Shown: one piece after another, positions 10,096-19,885 of the stretch
How the letters are laid out: each line of letters opens with the position of its first letter
Numbering within the stretch: the first letter of the stretch is position 1
Assembly: GCA_000383715.1 (NCBI GenBank)
Contig: KB911950.1
Coordinates: forward strand, 1,371-65,370
Length of the DNA: 64,000 nucleotides
DNA from: Verrucomicrobia bacterium SCGC AAA164-E04
GTDB lineage: Bacteria; Verrucomicrobiota; Verrucomicrobiia; Limisphaerales; AAA164-E04
Direction of reading: 5' to 3'
The notes under the pieces: generated by a model
What the model was told of the DNA's origin: nothing
The model's database searches: none
Seen by the model: the letters and a program-made list of their open reading frames with translations, nothing else
Program-made: the position numbers and the translations under genes

Positions 10096-10627
10096 AAAAC
10101 CAGTAAATCAAACAACACTCTGGCCTATGTATCAATGGGTGTCTGTTGGTGTGATGATTGTCACGTTGTTGATGACTTTCCTGGCCGCGATGCGCCTGGG
10201 GGGTGATTTGCCTGACTTACCACAAATACGATCGTCAAGCCAAGTGGCATCAAAACACCCCTTCCAAACATTGGTGAACCGACCAGGTCTTCCCATGATA
10301 AAGGGTTGGCCTGCGATGAAAAATGAAGCCAATCCGTTCTTTACCGATTTTTTCAAGCCCGCTCCAAAACCGGCGCCACCGCCCAAGCCCACCATGAAGC
10401 AAGTGGAACTGCTCTATCAGGGCTGGTTCGAAAGTTCAGGCAAAGAACTGGAGGCGTTCGTGATTATTGATAATAAAAAAATCAGTGCTGGGATTAGCGG
10501 GGATTTAAGCCCCGAGTTTACTTTGCTTGAAATCAATTCAGAATTCATCCTCTTGAAAAGTAAAGATGATAAGGTACACCGTATACCGTTCAACAAGCTA
10601 ACTCCACTGGAAATACCTATTCAGTAA
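10088..10627 (+). CDS. PilP/GspC-like small membrane-anchored protein
   Basis: TM helix, NPFF motif, Pro-rich linker (PAPKPAPPPKP), beta-rich C-domain (LLYQGWFESSG..AFVI). Start is TTG 10088 or ATG 10127. Confidence 0.5.
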   Translation: MNEKPVNQTTLWPMYQWVSVGVMIVTLLMTFLAAMRLGGDLPDLPQIRSSSQVASKHPFQTLVNRPGLPMIKGWPAMKNEANPFFTDFFKPAPKPAPPPKPTMKQVELLYQGWFESSGKELEAFVIIDNKKISAGISGDLSPEFTLLEINSEFILLKSKDDKVHRIPFNKLTPLEIPIQ

Positions 10628-12366
10628 TGGACAATGCAACCACTCAAAATCGACACGTTGATGTCGCAGATTTATTGCTGGCCAAGGGCATCTTGACTGA
10701 GTCTTCGCTTGAGCAGGTTAAACAGCGTCAAAAACGTTTGAAGGTCAGCTGTGCTAAAGCGATTCTCGATCTGAAGCTTGCTTCGGAAGAAGAAACGCTT
10801 AAGGCCCTTGCTGAATCGGAACACCTCGAATTCCTCGACCTGGAGCATTACGAGCCTACGTCTGAATTACTTCACACTCTGCCGGTCAAACTGGTTTTTC
10901 ACTATCAAGTACTTCCCATCAAGGTCGAAGATGATTGTTTGACCTTGGCCTTTGCTGAAGTGCCTTCACCCATTGAACTGGGAAATCTTCGGTTAATTCT
11001 AGGAAAACGCATCCAAGTGGCATTGGCTGCCCCAAGTCGCATACAATCCGTCATCAAGCGTAGTTTCGGTATTGGGGCCGATACCGTTGAGCAATTGAAA
11101 TCTGAAAGCCAATTACCTGATGATGGGCAGGAGATTGTTTATGATGTCGGGCGGGCTCCCGATGCGCAGCTTAAAGATGGAACCATTTCGCGTTTAGTAG
11201 ATCAGATTTTGGCTGAAGCATTGAAACTGCGAGCTACGGATGTTCACATCGAACCTTATCATGATTCAATTCGACTGAGATATCGAATTGATGGGGTTCT
11301 GAAGAGAGTGCCCGTCCCTGAGCAGTTGAGGCGGCTTTATGGTGCTATCGTTTCAAGGCTGAAAATTATGGCCGACTTGAATATTGCTGAAAAGCGGTTG
11401 CCTCATGACGGCCGCATCACAATGCAGACCAATGGGGAACAGTTTGACCTTCGAGTCTCCGTGATTCCCACCAAACATGGTGAAACCATATGTTTGAGGA
11501 TTTTGGGAAGGGAGAGTCTGTTTTTGGATTTAACCGAGCTGGGCATGAGTGATGAACAGGAAAAGCTTTTTTCTGAAATGGTCAACCTGCCTCAGGGTCT
11601 GGTTCTGGTCACCGGGCCAACCGGAAGCGGCAAAACAACAAGTCTTTATGCCGCACTTTCACGCGCCAATGAAGATGGTCGAAAAATCATTACCATAGAA
11701 GACCCCGTCGAATATCAAATAGAAGGTGTATCACAAATACAGACTCGGGAACCGATTGGGCTTACTTTTGCCAGCGGTCTTCGTTCGATCCTGCGCCATG
11801 ATCCGGATGTCGTTCTTGTCGGTGAGATTCGCGATCACACCACGGCGGAGATCGCGGTGAGAGCCGCTCAAACAGGGCATCTGGTTTTGTCCACACTCCA
11901 TACGAACGATAGCGTTGGTGCTGTTACCCGTTTGCTGGGAATGGGGATGGACTCGCATTTGATCGGTTCATCCCTTGTGGCCTCCGTGGCTCAACGTCTA
12001 GCGCGGCGGATTTGCCAGCATTGCCGGTCCGAGAATGAAATATTGGATGCAGATCTGCGGCAAGAAATGGCTCAAGCGCTTTCCTTGTCGCCCCGCGAAA
12101 TCAAGGCTTGGAAGGGAGAAGGTTGCGAGAAATGCAGTGGCCATGGATACCGAGGCCGTATTGCCATTTACGAATTCTTCCTGATGAACGATGAATTGGC
12201 CGAATCCATAGCCATGGGAATGTCCCTAACTCAATTGAAAGAAAAAGCCCGCCGGTTTGGTTGGCGTTCATTGAGGGAAAGTGCCTTTCAAAAGATTCAA
12301 GATGGTGTCATTGGTTTAGATGAGCTCAAAAGAGTAACTTGGCGCATTCAAGGTGAGATGGGTTAA
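10627..12366 (+). CDS. gspE: Type II secretion / type IV pilus assembly ATPase (GspE/PilB)
   Basis: ATDVHIEP, RYRIDG, Walker A GPTGSGKT, TIEDPVEY, LRHDPDVVLVGEIRD, TGHLVLSTLHTND, tetracysteine CQHC...CEKC. Confidence 0.92.
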   Translation: MDNATTQNRHVDVADLLLAKGILTESSLEQVKQRQKRLKVSCAKAILDLKLASEEETLKALAESEHLEFLDLEHYEPTSELLHTLPVKLVFHYQVLPIKVEDDCLTLAFAEVPSPIELGNLRLILGKRIQVALAAPSRIQSVIKRSFGIGADTVEQLKSESQLPDDGQEIVYDVGRAPDAQLKDGTISRLVDQILAEALKLRATDVHIEPYHDSIRLRYRIDGVLKRVPVPEQLRRLYGAIVSRLKIMADLNIAEKRLPHDGRITMQTNGEQFDLRVSVIPTKHGETICLRILGRESLFLDLTELGMSDEQEKLFSEMVNLPQGLVLVTGPTGSGKTTSLYAALSRANEDGRKIITIEDPVEYQIEGVSQIQTREPIGLTFASGLRSILRHDPDVVLVGEIRDHTTAEIAVRAAQTGHLVLSTLHTNDSVGAVTRLLGMGMDSHLIGSSLVASVAQRLARRICQHCRSENEILDADLRQEMAQALSLSPREIKAWKGEGCEKCSGHGYRGRIAIYEFFLMNDELAESIAMGMSLTQLKEKARRFGWRSLRESAFQKIQDGVIGLDELKRVTWRIQGEMG

Positions 12367-12426
12367 AGTGTAGACTTAGGCAAGTTCCTGCTTGTCAATC
12401 TTGGGGTGGCTTTGAGAAGCTGGGAC

Positions 12427-14001
12427 ATGGTAGTTAATCAGGAACCTAACTCTTTGGATTGCGAATTTTATCTGCAGGCTGAAAATTTCTTTTCCGCCAA
12501 CAGAGGTTGTGCCCTGACTTACGATGACCTGACCTTAGCGACCCTTTACTCGGAAGTCCTCCCTCGCGACACTCAGCTTGAGACGTCTTTATCAGAAGGG
12601 CTGAACCTTCATCTTCCCATGATTTCCGCAGATATGGATACTGTCACGGAATCCAGAATGGCGATTGCGATGGCACAAAATGGTGGCATGGGCTTGATCC
12701 ATTACAACATGAGCGAGAAAGATCAGCTCAGAGAGGTCTCCCGAGTCAAAAACCATGTTCACGGATTGATTCAGGACCCCATCACCGTTCATCCTGAAAA
12801 AAGTATCGCCTACGTCTTGGGTTTAATTGACCGGAAAGGTTTTACATTCAGCACGTTTCCGGTTGTTGATGAACATGGAAAGTTGGTGGGATTGTTGCCA
12901 GGTAGTGTGGTTCGATTGCGCTATTCTGATCGACTGGTCAAAGAGGCTCTGACTCCCAGAGATCAGGTTTTTACCCTGACCGAAAAAGAATTAGGAAACG
13001 ATCCCATCGCGCGAGCAGACCAATTTTTTGCGGATCATCCCAGGATTGACAAACTGATGGTGGTTGATGATGCGGATCATCTCAGAGGCCTTTTCACTCT
13101 CTCTGATGTGGATCGAATTGCTCAGGAAGTCCAGGCCCAGTTTAAGCCTGCGCGGGATGAACAGTTCCGATTGATTTGCGGAGCAGCTGTTTCAGCCACT
13201 CGCAATGCATTTGGTGAGCTGGACAGCGATCGTGTCCTTGGTCATGTGACCGCACTGGTAGAAAGGGGTGTTGATGCTGTAGCTGTTTCCACAGCCCACG
13301 GTCATACGAAAGGGGTAGGGGAAGCTGTCAAACTCATAAGAAAAGAGTTTCCTCATCTTCCAATTATTGCAGGCAACGTGACCAGTGGTGCGGGAGTCGA
13401 ATTTCTTGCAGACTGCGGTGCCAATTGCATCAAAGTAGGTCAGGGGCCCGGAAGTATCTGCACCACGCGTATTGTCGCTGGGGTTGGTATTCCTCAAATG
13501 TCTGCTCTCTATCTGGCCCTGCAGGCAGCCAGGAAGAAAGGGGTTTCTATTTTGGCGGATGGCGGGATTACAAAATCTGGAGATATCGTGAAGGCCCTGA
13601 CTCTAGCGGATGCTGTTATCTGCGGAGGACTGCTTGCTGGCTGTGCCGAAGCTCCGGGCGAAATACTTGAAATCAGCGGGAAACTCTACAAGCAATACCG
13701 CGGGATGGGCAGTTTGGCTGCCATGAAATCAGGTTCTGCTGCACGCTACGGACACAGCTCCAAGGACACCACACGGAAGGTCTCAGCCGAAGGGGTCGAG
13801 GCATTAAAAGAGGTCTCAGGGCCGGTGGATAACGTGCTCGGACAATTGATTGGTGGTATTCAATCAGGCATGGGTTATCTCGGAGCGCGAAGTTTGCCCG
13901 AGTTGCGCAAAAGGGCCAGATACATACGTGTAAGTCCAGCCGGGCAGCGTGAGTCAGCGACACATGACATCGTAGAGCTTAAAACTGGGGCAGGGCAATA
14001 G
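12427..14001 (+). CDS. guaB: Inosine-5'-monophosphate dehydrogenase with CBS domains
   Basis: [29 protein letters not shown] (catalytic Cys), ADGGI, YRGMGSL. Start is ATG 12427 or GTG 12406. Confidence 0.93.
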   Translation: MVVNQEPNSLDCEFYLQAENFFSANRGCALTYDDLTLATLYSEVLPRDTQLETSLSEGLNLHLPMISADMDTVTESRMAIAMAQNGGMGLIHYNMSEKDQLREVSRVKNHVHGLIQDPITVHPEKSIAYVLGLIDRKGFTFSTFPVVDEHGKLVGLLPGSVVRLRYSDRLVKEALTPRDQVFTLTEKELGNDPIARADQFFADHPRIDKLMVVDDADHLRGLFTLSDVDRIAQEVQAQFKPARDEQFRLICGAAVSATRNAFGELDSDRVLGHVTALVERGVDAVAVSTAHGHTKGVGEAVKLIRKEFPHLPIIAGNVTSGAGVEFLADCGANCIKVGQGPGSICTTRIVAGVGIPQMSALYLALQAARKKGVSILADGGITKSGDIVKALTLADAVICGGLLAGCAEAPGEILEISGKLYKQYRGMGSLAAMKSGSAARYGHSSKDTTRKVSAEGVEALKEVSGPVDNVLGQLIGGIQSGMGYLGARSLPELRKRARYIRVSPAGQRESATHDIVELKTGAGQ

Positions 14002-14016
14002 TTGTCATTGAACGTC

Positions 14017-14053
14017 AATCGGCAACTAAATGCATTCGCATTCACTGCCGATT
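14017..14053. terminator. Stem-loop between convergent guaB and oxidoreductase
   Basis: AATCGGCA...TGCCGATT outer stem with inner AATGC/GCATT stem. Confidence 0.5.
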
Positions 14054-14092
14054 TCTATGTGCTTACTCCATTCCAAACGCAATGCCCGAGGA

Positions 14093-15385
14093 TCAAATCA
14101 CAGGTTTCCAGCCTGCCTCATAATCGCGTTCCCATAGTTTATCGGCTTCGGGGCTGTTCATGATTTGTTTGGTTTCTGGTGAAAAGTGGATAGTCTGACC
14201 GGTGCGATAAGCGATATTGCCCAGATGGCACATCAGTGTGCTTTTTTGACCGATTTCAATCTCCGCATTAGGTCGTTTACCTGAGCGGATGCATTCAAAG
14301 AAATTGTCTATATGTCCTTTGTCTCCGCCCTCACCTGTGTGTTTTTCTAGGGATGCGCCATCCAGATCGAACACTTCATATCCAGAACCGTTAATGGCCA
14401 GAGAGCCCTTGCTACCGTAAAAGCGGACGAAGTCATGTTTTTCCTCTCGTCTTGGGTGGCAGCTGCTACCGTCCCATGCAATCCCCTTACCACCAAAGTC
14501 ATATGTTGCAATAGCCGTATCGGGAGTCTCCTGATCGTCCATGTAGTGATATCGACCTCCATTATAGGTGATCTTTTCAGCGTAATCCACATTCAGTCCC
14601 CACCTTGCCAAATCAAGAGCGTGGATGCCGTTGTTCCCGAGCTCTCCATTGCCCCAGTGCCAGTGCCAGTGCCAATTATAATGAACAAGGTTGTCTTTGT
14701 ATTCCTTTCTCGGAGCCGGTCCTTGCCATAAGTCATAATTCAAATGTGGCGGAACAGGTGCTTTGTTGCCCCTCCCTATCGAACCACGCGCGTTGTCATA
14801 CCAGCAACGAGCAAAAGTGGTTTCCCCTATGACTCCCGAGTGCAGCCTTGCCATGGCTTCTCTAATTGCCGGCCAAGTCCTGCGCTGATTGCCCATCTGG
14901 ACGACACGTTGATGTTTCCGTGCTGCCTGAACCATCCACAAAGCTTCCTGCGGGTTGTGGCTCCCTGGCTTTTCTACGTAAACGTTCTTTCCGGCAGAGC
15001 ATGCAAGGATCGTGGCAGGGGCGTGCCAGTGGTTGCATGTGGCGATCATGATCGCGTCTACATCCTTGTCATCAAGCATCCTGCGGAAGTCGCGCACTCC
15101 TTTGGGTTTTGGTGCATTCTTTTTTTCTACAACAGAAACTGCTCTGTTGACTCTTTCTTGATCCACATCGCAGACATAAGCGACTTCTACATTTGCAGAT
15201 TCCAGCGCATTTCTGACGTGCGACATTCCTCGGCTGAGCCCCATGACTCCTACACGGATGCGGTTGCTGGATTTGTCCTGAGCCTTCATTTTGCCCACAA
15301 TGAAGGGGCTCGTTGAGGCTAGCGTGGCGGTCGTTAATGCTGACTTTTGGATAAATTGACGACGAGAAAGATCACTTTTCATCAT
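14093..15385 (-). CDS. Gfo/Idh/MocA family oxidoreductase with Tat signal
   Basis: SRRQFIQ twin-arginine signal, RVGVMGLSRG, VYVEKP, VQMGNQRR, GELGNNGIHALD. Confidence 0.9.
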   Translation of the reverse strand: MMKSDLSRRQFIQKSALTTATLASTSPFIVGKMKAQDKSSNRIRVGVMGLSRGMSHVRNALESANVEVAYVCDVDQERVNRAVSVVEKKNAPKPKGVRDFRRMLDDKDVDAIMIATCNHWHAPATILACSAGKNVYVEKPGSHNPQEALWMVQAARKHQRVVQMGNQRRTWPAIREAMARLHSGVIGETTFARCWYDNARGSIGRGNKAPVPPHLNYDLWQGPAPRKEYKDNLVHYNWHWHWHWGNGELGNNGIHALDLARWGLNVDYAEKITYNGGRYHYMDDQETPDTAIATYDFGGKGIAWDGSSCHPRREEKHDFVRFYGSKGSLAINGSGYEVFDLDGASLEKHTGEGGDKGHIDNFFECIRSGKRPNAEIEIGQKSTLMCHLGNIAYRTGQTIHFSPETKQIMNSPEADKLWERDYEAGWKPVI

Positions 15386-15550
15386 ATAATTGTGTTGATT
15401 CAGGTGGAGAGGAAAAACAATAGCTTCCAAGTGGTGCTTTTCAACGCTTAAATTCAGTGGCCGGATGGGATATTAAATTCCACATTAATGTGATGATACT
15501 GGGCGCTTGGGAATTGTTTTGAAAAGGAGTGTTTTTTTTATAAATTCCCG

Positions 15551-15579
15551 TTGACAGCTTGATCTCCGGTGCCTAATGT
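15551..15579 (+). promoter_or_regulatory. Sigma70 promoter for tRNA-Thr/tuf
   Basis: TTGACA-N17-TAATGT with AT-rich upstream sequence and a C-rich discriminator. Confidence 0.75.
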
Positions 15580-15700
15580 CCTCCACCTCTGATAGACTAG
15601 AGATAAACGCCATGAACCCCGGCTAAAAGAGATATGGGGCTTATGGTGTTTTGTCGTCTGGTAAGATTGGGCTTCTGAGCCTATTGGAGAATATGATTAG

Positions 15701-15776
15701 GCCCATGTAGCTCAGTTGGTAGAGCACATCCTTGGTAAGGATGAGGTCACCGGTTCAAGCCCGGTCATGGGCTCCA
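15701..15776 (+). tRNA. tRNA-Thr(GGT)
   Basis: Acceptor stem GCCCATG/CATGGGC, anticodon loop TTGGTAA, GGTTCAAG T-arm, encoded CCA. Confidence 0.97.
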
Positions 15777-15833
15777 TTCATTTTTAACTGAAACACACTG
15801 GTAACTATTAATAACGATCGTTAAGGAAATCGC

Positions 15834-17024
15834 ATGGCAAAAGAAGCGTTTCAAAGAACTAAACCGCACGTTAATGTCGGAACGATTGGACATGTCGATC
15901 ATGGCAAATCCACTCTGACAGCAGCTATCGTGGCCGTTCAATCTCGTAGAGATTTAGCGACCCCCATCTCATACAGTGATATCACCAAGGGTGGTACCGT
16001 TCGTGACGATTCAAAGACCGTTACGATCGCTGTTTCTCACGTAGAATATGAAAGCACAGAGCGTCATTACGCTCATGTTGACTGTCCAGGGCACGCTGAT
16101 TACGTCAAGAACATGATCACTGGTGCTGCTCAGATGGACGGAGCTATCTTGGTTGTCAGCGCTGCTGATGGTCCTATGCCCCAGACTCGTGAGCATATCC
16201 TGCTTGCTCGTCAGGTAGGTGTTCCGGCGATTGTGGTTTTCTTGAACAAGTGTGATCTTGTGGATGACGAAGAATTGCTTGAGCTTGTTGAAATGGAAGT
16301 CCGCGATCTATTGTCCAAATACGAGTTTCCCGGAGATGACGCAGCTATTGTTCGTGGCAGTGCTACTGCCGCTTTGGATGCCAAGCCTGAAGGTGAGGAA
16401 GCCATCCAGAACCTACTGACTGCAATCGATACCAATGTGCCCCTGCCTGAGCGTGAAGTGGACAAACCATTTTTGATGTGTATCGAGGATGTGTTTAACA
16501 TTGAGGGACGTGGAACCGTTGTTACTGGTCGTGTTGAGCGTGGGGAACTGCTCAAAATGACAGAAGTCGAAATTGTGGGTCTGCGTGAAACGCGCAAAAC
16601 CACGGCGACAGACATTGAGATGTTCCGTAAGCTTCTTGACAGTGCCTCTGCTGGCGACAACGTGGGCGTGCTCCTGCGCGGCGTCAAAAAGACTGATGTG
16701 GAACGCGGTATGGTTCTTGCCAAGCCCGGATCCATCAGGCCTATCAAAAAGTTTAAAGCCGAGCTTTATGTTCTTTCCAAAGATGAAGGTGGGCGACATA
16801 CCCCATTCTTCACCAACTATCGTCCTCAATTTTACTTCCGCACAAGTGATGTAACAGGGACTGTTGACTTACCAGAAGGTGTAGAAATGGTGATGCCTGG
16901 TGACAACGTATCCGTCGAAATTGAGTTGATTGCTCCTGTTGCAATGGAGAAAACTCAGCGTTTCGCCATCCGTGAAGGTGGTCGAACGATTGGTGCAGGT
17001 CGTGTTGCTGAAGTGGTCGAATAG
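15834..17024 (+). CDS. tuf: Elongation factor Tu
   Basis: [43 protein letters not shown]. Confidence 0.99.
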   Translation: MAKEAFQRTKPHVNVGTIGHVDHGKSTLTAAIVAVQSRRDLATPISYSDITKGGTVRDDSKTVTIAVSHVEYESTERHYAHVDCPGHADYVKNMITGAAQMDGAILVVSAADGPMPQTREHILLARQVGVPAIVVFLNKCDLVDDEELLELVEMEVRDLLSKYEFPGDDAAIVRGSATAALDAKPEGEEAIQNLLTAIDTNVPLPEREVDKPFLMCIEDVFNIEGRGTVVTGRVERGELLKMTEVEIVGLRETRKTTATDIEMFRKLLDSASAGDNVGVLLRGVKKTDVERGMVLAKPGSIRPIKKFKAELYVLSKDEGGRHTPFFTNYRPQFYFRTSDVTGTVDLPEGVEMVMPGDNVSVEIELIAPVAMEKTQRFAIREGGRTIGAGRVAEVVE

Positions 17025-17035
17025 GGAATTTACAC

Positions 17036-17070
17036 GGATGATGGCAATAAAAATTGCCATCATCCTTTTT
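17036..17070 (+). terminator. Intrinsic terminator-like hairpin after tuf
   Basis: GGATGATGGCAAT-AAAA-ATTGCCATCATCC followed by TTTTT. Confidence 0.8.
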
Positions 17071-17123
17071 AAAATTTTAAGGCGACACTCTTAATTTGGG
17101 GTGACGCCTGAAACTGTCAAAAT

Positions 17124-17199
17124 AGGGCGGTGGCTCAATTGGTAGAGTAGCGGTCTCCAAAACCGTCGGTTGGGGGTTCGAGTCCCTCCCGCCCTGCCA
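17124..17199 (+). tRNA. tRNA-Trp(CCA)
   Basis: Acceptor stem AGGGCGG/CCGCCCT, anticodon loop CTCCAAA, GGTTCGAG, CCA end. Confidence 0.97.
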
Positions 17200-17224
17200 T
17201 TATTAAAGTTAGACAAATTAAACC

Positions 17225-17314
17225 GGAGGGGTGGCAGAGCGGTTGAATGCGGCGGTCTTGAAAACCGCTTTTCGAGAAATCGAAACGGGGGTTCGAATCC
17301 CTCCCCCTCCGCCA
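17225..17314 (+). tRNA. tRNA-Ser(TGA)
   Basis: Acceptor stem GGAGGGG/CCCCTCC, anticodon loop CTTGAAA, long variable arm TTTCGA-GAAA-TCGAAA, discriminator G, CCA end. Confidence 0.96.
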
Positions 17315-17331
17315 CTTAGAATTAGAATATC

Positions 17332-17583
17332 GTGGATTATTCATTTATCATTTGGATTGCAGTAATTGGAGCGCTTTTTGCCTTTCTTTGGCATAAGGGC
17401 TACTTAATGGCCTTGTCCCGATTCGTTGGCGAAACACGCGAGGAGTTGCGCAAGTGCAGTTGGCCATCCAAGGAAGAACTGAAAGGTTCCACTGTCGTAG
17501 TTCTAGTTGCCACGGTGGTGGTTGGGCTTTTCACTGTAGGTGTGGATGTTGTCGTCATGACTATCCTCGACTGGTTGCTCTAG
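17332..17583 (+). CDS. secE: Preprotein translocase subunit SecE
   Basis: ELRKCSWPSKEEL motif followed by a TM helix; lies upstream of nusG. Confidence 0.92.
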   Translation: MDYSFIIWIAVIGALFAFLWHKGYLMALSRFVGETREELRKCSWPSKEELKGSTVVVLVATVVVGLFTVGVDVVVMTILDWLL

Positions 17584-17602
17584 TTTCATTCAGAAAGCGC
17601 CC

Positions 17603-18151
17603 ATGAAAAACCAATGGTTTGTCATTCATACCTTGTCCGGTCAGGAGCAGAAGGTTAAAGATACGCTTGAAAAGCGTTTGAAGATTGAGGAAATGGAGGA
17701 GTTTATCCTCGAAATCCTTGTTCCTATGGAAAAAGTAGTTGAAATCCGTAATGGAAAGAAGACTGCATCAAACAGAAAGCTTTATCCCGGGTATGTTTTC
17801 ATCAAAATGATTTTGTTGGACGACCAACAGCGAATCATTGATCGCCCCTGGTATTTTATCAGGGAAACGCAAGGAATTATTGGATTTGTTGGTGGAGATC
17901 ATCCTCAGCCTACACCCACCGATGAAATCGAATCCATCAAAGCACAAATTTCAGACGCCGAAGATTCTGAAAAACCGAAAGTAGATTTTGAGTTGGGTGA
18001 AACCATCAAAATTAACGACGGCCCTTTCCTGAATTTCAGTGGTGTCATTGAAGAGGTAGAGCCCGACAGAGGCAAGTTGAAGGTTACTGTGAACATATTC
18101 GGCCGTAACACGCCGGTCGAACTTGAGTATTGGCAAGTCGAAAAATCTTAA
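17603..18151 (+). CDS. nusG: Transcription factor NusG
   Basis: WFVIHTLSGQE, YPGYVFI, KOW motif DGPF..FSG, IFGRNTPVEL. Confidence 0.97.
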   Translation: MKNQWFVIHTLSGQEQKVKDTLEKRLKIEEMEEFILEILVPMEKVVEIRNGKKTASNRKLYPGYVFIKMILLDDQQRIIDRPWYFIRETQGIIGFVGGDHPQPTPTDEIESIKAQISDAEDSEKPKVDFELGETIKINDGPFLNFSGVIEEVEPDRGKLKVTVNIFGRNTPVELEYWQVEKS

Positions 18152-18157
18152 TCAATT

Positions 18158-18583
18158 ATGGCAAAAAAAGTTACAGGTATTATCAAACTCCAGATTCCCG
18201 CAGGGCAGGCGAATCCGGCTCCTCCTGTTGGACCTGCATTGGGTCAGCAAGGGGTCAACATCATGGGGTTCTGCAAAGAGTTTAATGCCCGCACAAAGGA
18301 CCAAGCCGGTATGATCATTCCCGTGGTAATCACCGTTTTTCAGGACAAGTCCTTCACATTCATCACCAAATCTCCACCTGCTGCTGTCCTGTTGAAGAAA
18401 GCAGCAGGCATCGCAGCCGGTTCAAAAATACCTAATAAAGATAAGGTTGGCAAAGTTACGCGCGATCAAGTGAACGAAATTGTGAAAACCAAATTCAAGG
18501 ATCTCAATGCGCGTAACGAAGATGCGGCGTTCAACATTATTGCTGGAACCGCCAGGAGTATGGGCATCGAAGTCAAAGATTAA
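18158..18583 (+). CDS. rplK: 50S ribosomal protein L11
   Basis: [21 protein letters not shown]. Confidence 0.98.
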   Translation: MAKKVTGIIKLQIPAGQANPAPPVGPALGQQGVNIMGFCKEFNARTKDQAGMIIPVVITVFQDKSFTFITKSPPAAVLLKKAAGIAAGSKIPNKDKVGKVTRDQVNEIVKTKFKDLNARNEDAAFNIIAGTARSMGIEVKD

Positions 18584-18592
18584 TCAATAAAT

Positions 18593-18621
18593 GCGGGAGA
18601 GTGAATGCTCGTTTGAACCGC
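18593..18621 (+). promoter_or_regulatory. Putative L1-binding autoregulatory RNA upstream of rplA
   Basis: GCGG-GA-GAGT-GAAT-GCTC-GTTTGAA-CCGC: two helices with an asymmetric internal loop and GGGAG core, resembling L1-binding mRNA sites. Confidence 0.6.
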
Positions 18622-18630
18622 TCAATAAAA

Positions 18631-19335
18631 ATGTCAAGCAAACGATTCAGAAAAGCATTGGAATCAGTGGACCCCAGCAAGCGTTACACGCTTGATGAGG
18701 CTGTTGATGTTCTCAAGAAGTTTCCTGCTACAAAATTCGACCAGACCGTCGAAATCGCAATGAAGCTTGGAGTTGACCCTCGTCAATCCGATCAAATGGT
18801 GCGTGGCACAGTACCTCTACCCCATGGTAGTGGCAAAAATGTCCGTGTTCTCGTGTTTACCCAGGGAGGTGAGTCCGAGGAAGCTGCCAAGGCAGCAGGC
18901 GCAGAACACGTTGGATTTGATGAATACATAAAAAAATGTAATGAAGGCTGGGTTGATTTTGACGTCGCGATAGCTACACCCGAAGCCATGGCAGAAGTGC
19001 GTAAGCTCGGTCGGGTTTTAGGTCCACGAGGCTTGATGCCTAACCCAAAAACAGGGACAGTCACTGCAGACACAGCCAAAGCTGTGAAGGAAGTGAAAGC
19101 CGGACGTGTGGAATATAAAATTGATAAGACCGCCAATATGCATGTTCCTGTAGGTAAAGTTTCCTTTGATGCCGACAAACTGTCGGACAACGTCAAAGCC
19201 TTGACCGATGCAGTGCTTAAATCCAAACCTAGTAGTTCCAAGGGTGCCTTTATCTTAACCTGCACACTGACAGCAACGATGAGCCCTGCAATTCCTCTGG
19301 ACCTCAAAGCGATCCAACAGACGGTATCAGAGTAA
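18631..19335 (+). CDS. rplA: 50S ribosomal protein L1
   Basis: KFDQTVE, LGVDPR..DQMVRG, LGPRGLMPNPKTGTV. Start at ATG 18631. Confidence 0.98.
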   Translation: MSSKRFRKALESVDPSKRYTLDEAVDVLKKFPATKFDQTVEIAMKLGVDPRQSDQMVRGTVPLPHGSGKNVRVLVFTQGGESEEAAKAAGAEHVGFDEYIKKCNEGWVDFDVAIATPEAMAEVRKLGRVLGPRGLMPNPKTGTVTADTAKAVKEVKAGRVEYKIDKTANMHVPVGKVSFDADKLSDNVKALTDAVLKSKPSSSKGAFILTCTLTATMSPAIPLDLKAIQQTVSE

Positions 19336-19366
19336 TAAACGATTCATCTAAAATCTTAAACGTATC

Positions 19367-19885
19367 ATGCGAGAAGCAAAAAAGAACATTAGCGCGGAAT
19401 ACATTGAAAGGCTGAACGCCTCTCCTTTTTTTATCGTCGTTGATTATCAAGGACTGAAAGTTGATCAATTTGAGGAGTTGCGCAACCGCTTGGATGAAAC
19501 CAAAGCGGAACTTCACGTGGTCAAAAATAGGATCTTCAATATTGCGGCCAAAGAAGCTGGATTTGAAGAAGATTTGGTGGGCGACCTCAAAGGCCAGCTG
19601 GCTGTTGTTACAGGCGAAGCGGAAATCAGCGCCACTGCAAAGATAGTCAAAAACTTTGAATCTGAATTTACAAAACCAAGCATTCGTTTTGCTTACATGG
19701 GGGATAGCCGCCTGGATGAATCTCAGGTAAAAATTATAGCCGATCTTCCGTCCTTGGACGAACTGCGTGCTATGATCGTGGGTGTTGTGCAGGCACCAGC
19801 TCAAAAGCTGGCAACCCTGGTCAATACTCCGGGAACTCAATTAGCTCAGGTCCTCAAGGCCAAAAGCGAAAAAGGCGATGCTTAA
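19367..19885 (+). CDS. rplJ: 50S ribosomal protein L10
   Basis: VDYQGL, VVKNRI, LPSLDELRA; position in the operon. Confidence 0.95.
   Translation: MREAKKNISAEYIERLNASPFFIVVDYQGLKVDQFEELRNRLDETKAELHVVKNRIFNIAAKEAGFEEDLVGDLKGQLAVVTGEAEISATAKIVKNFESEFTKPSIRFAYMGDSRLDESQVKIIADLPSLDELRAMIVGVVQAPAQKLATLVNTPGTQLAQVLKAKSEKGDA

Noticed and set aside
14650-14680. CAGTGC x3 repeat (WHWHWHW)
   Set aside because: A variant of the usual aromatic HYNWHWxW motif of this oxidoreductase family.
17091-17344. Minus-strand ORFs 17091..17315 and 17135..17344
   Set aside because: They are antisense translations of tRNA-Trp and tRNA-Ser.
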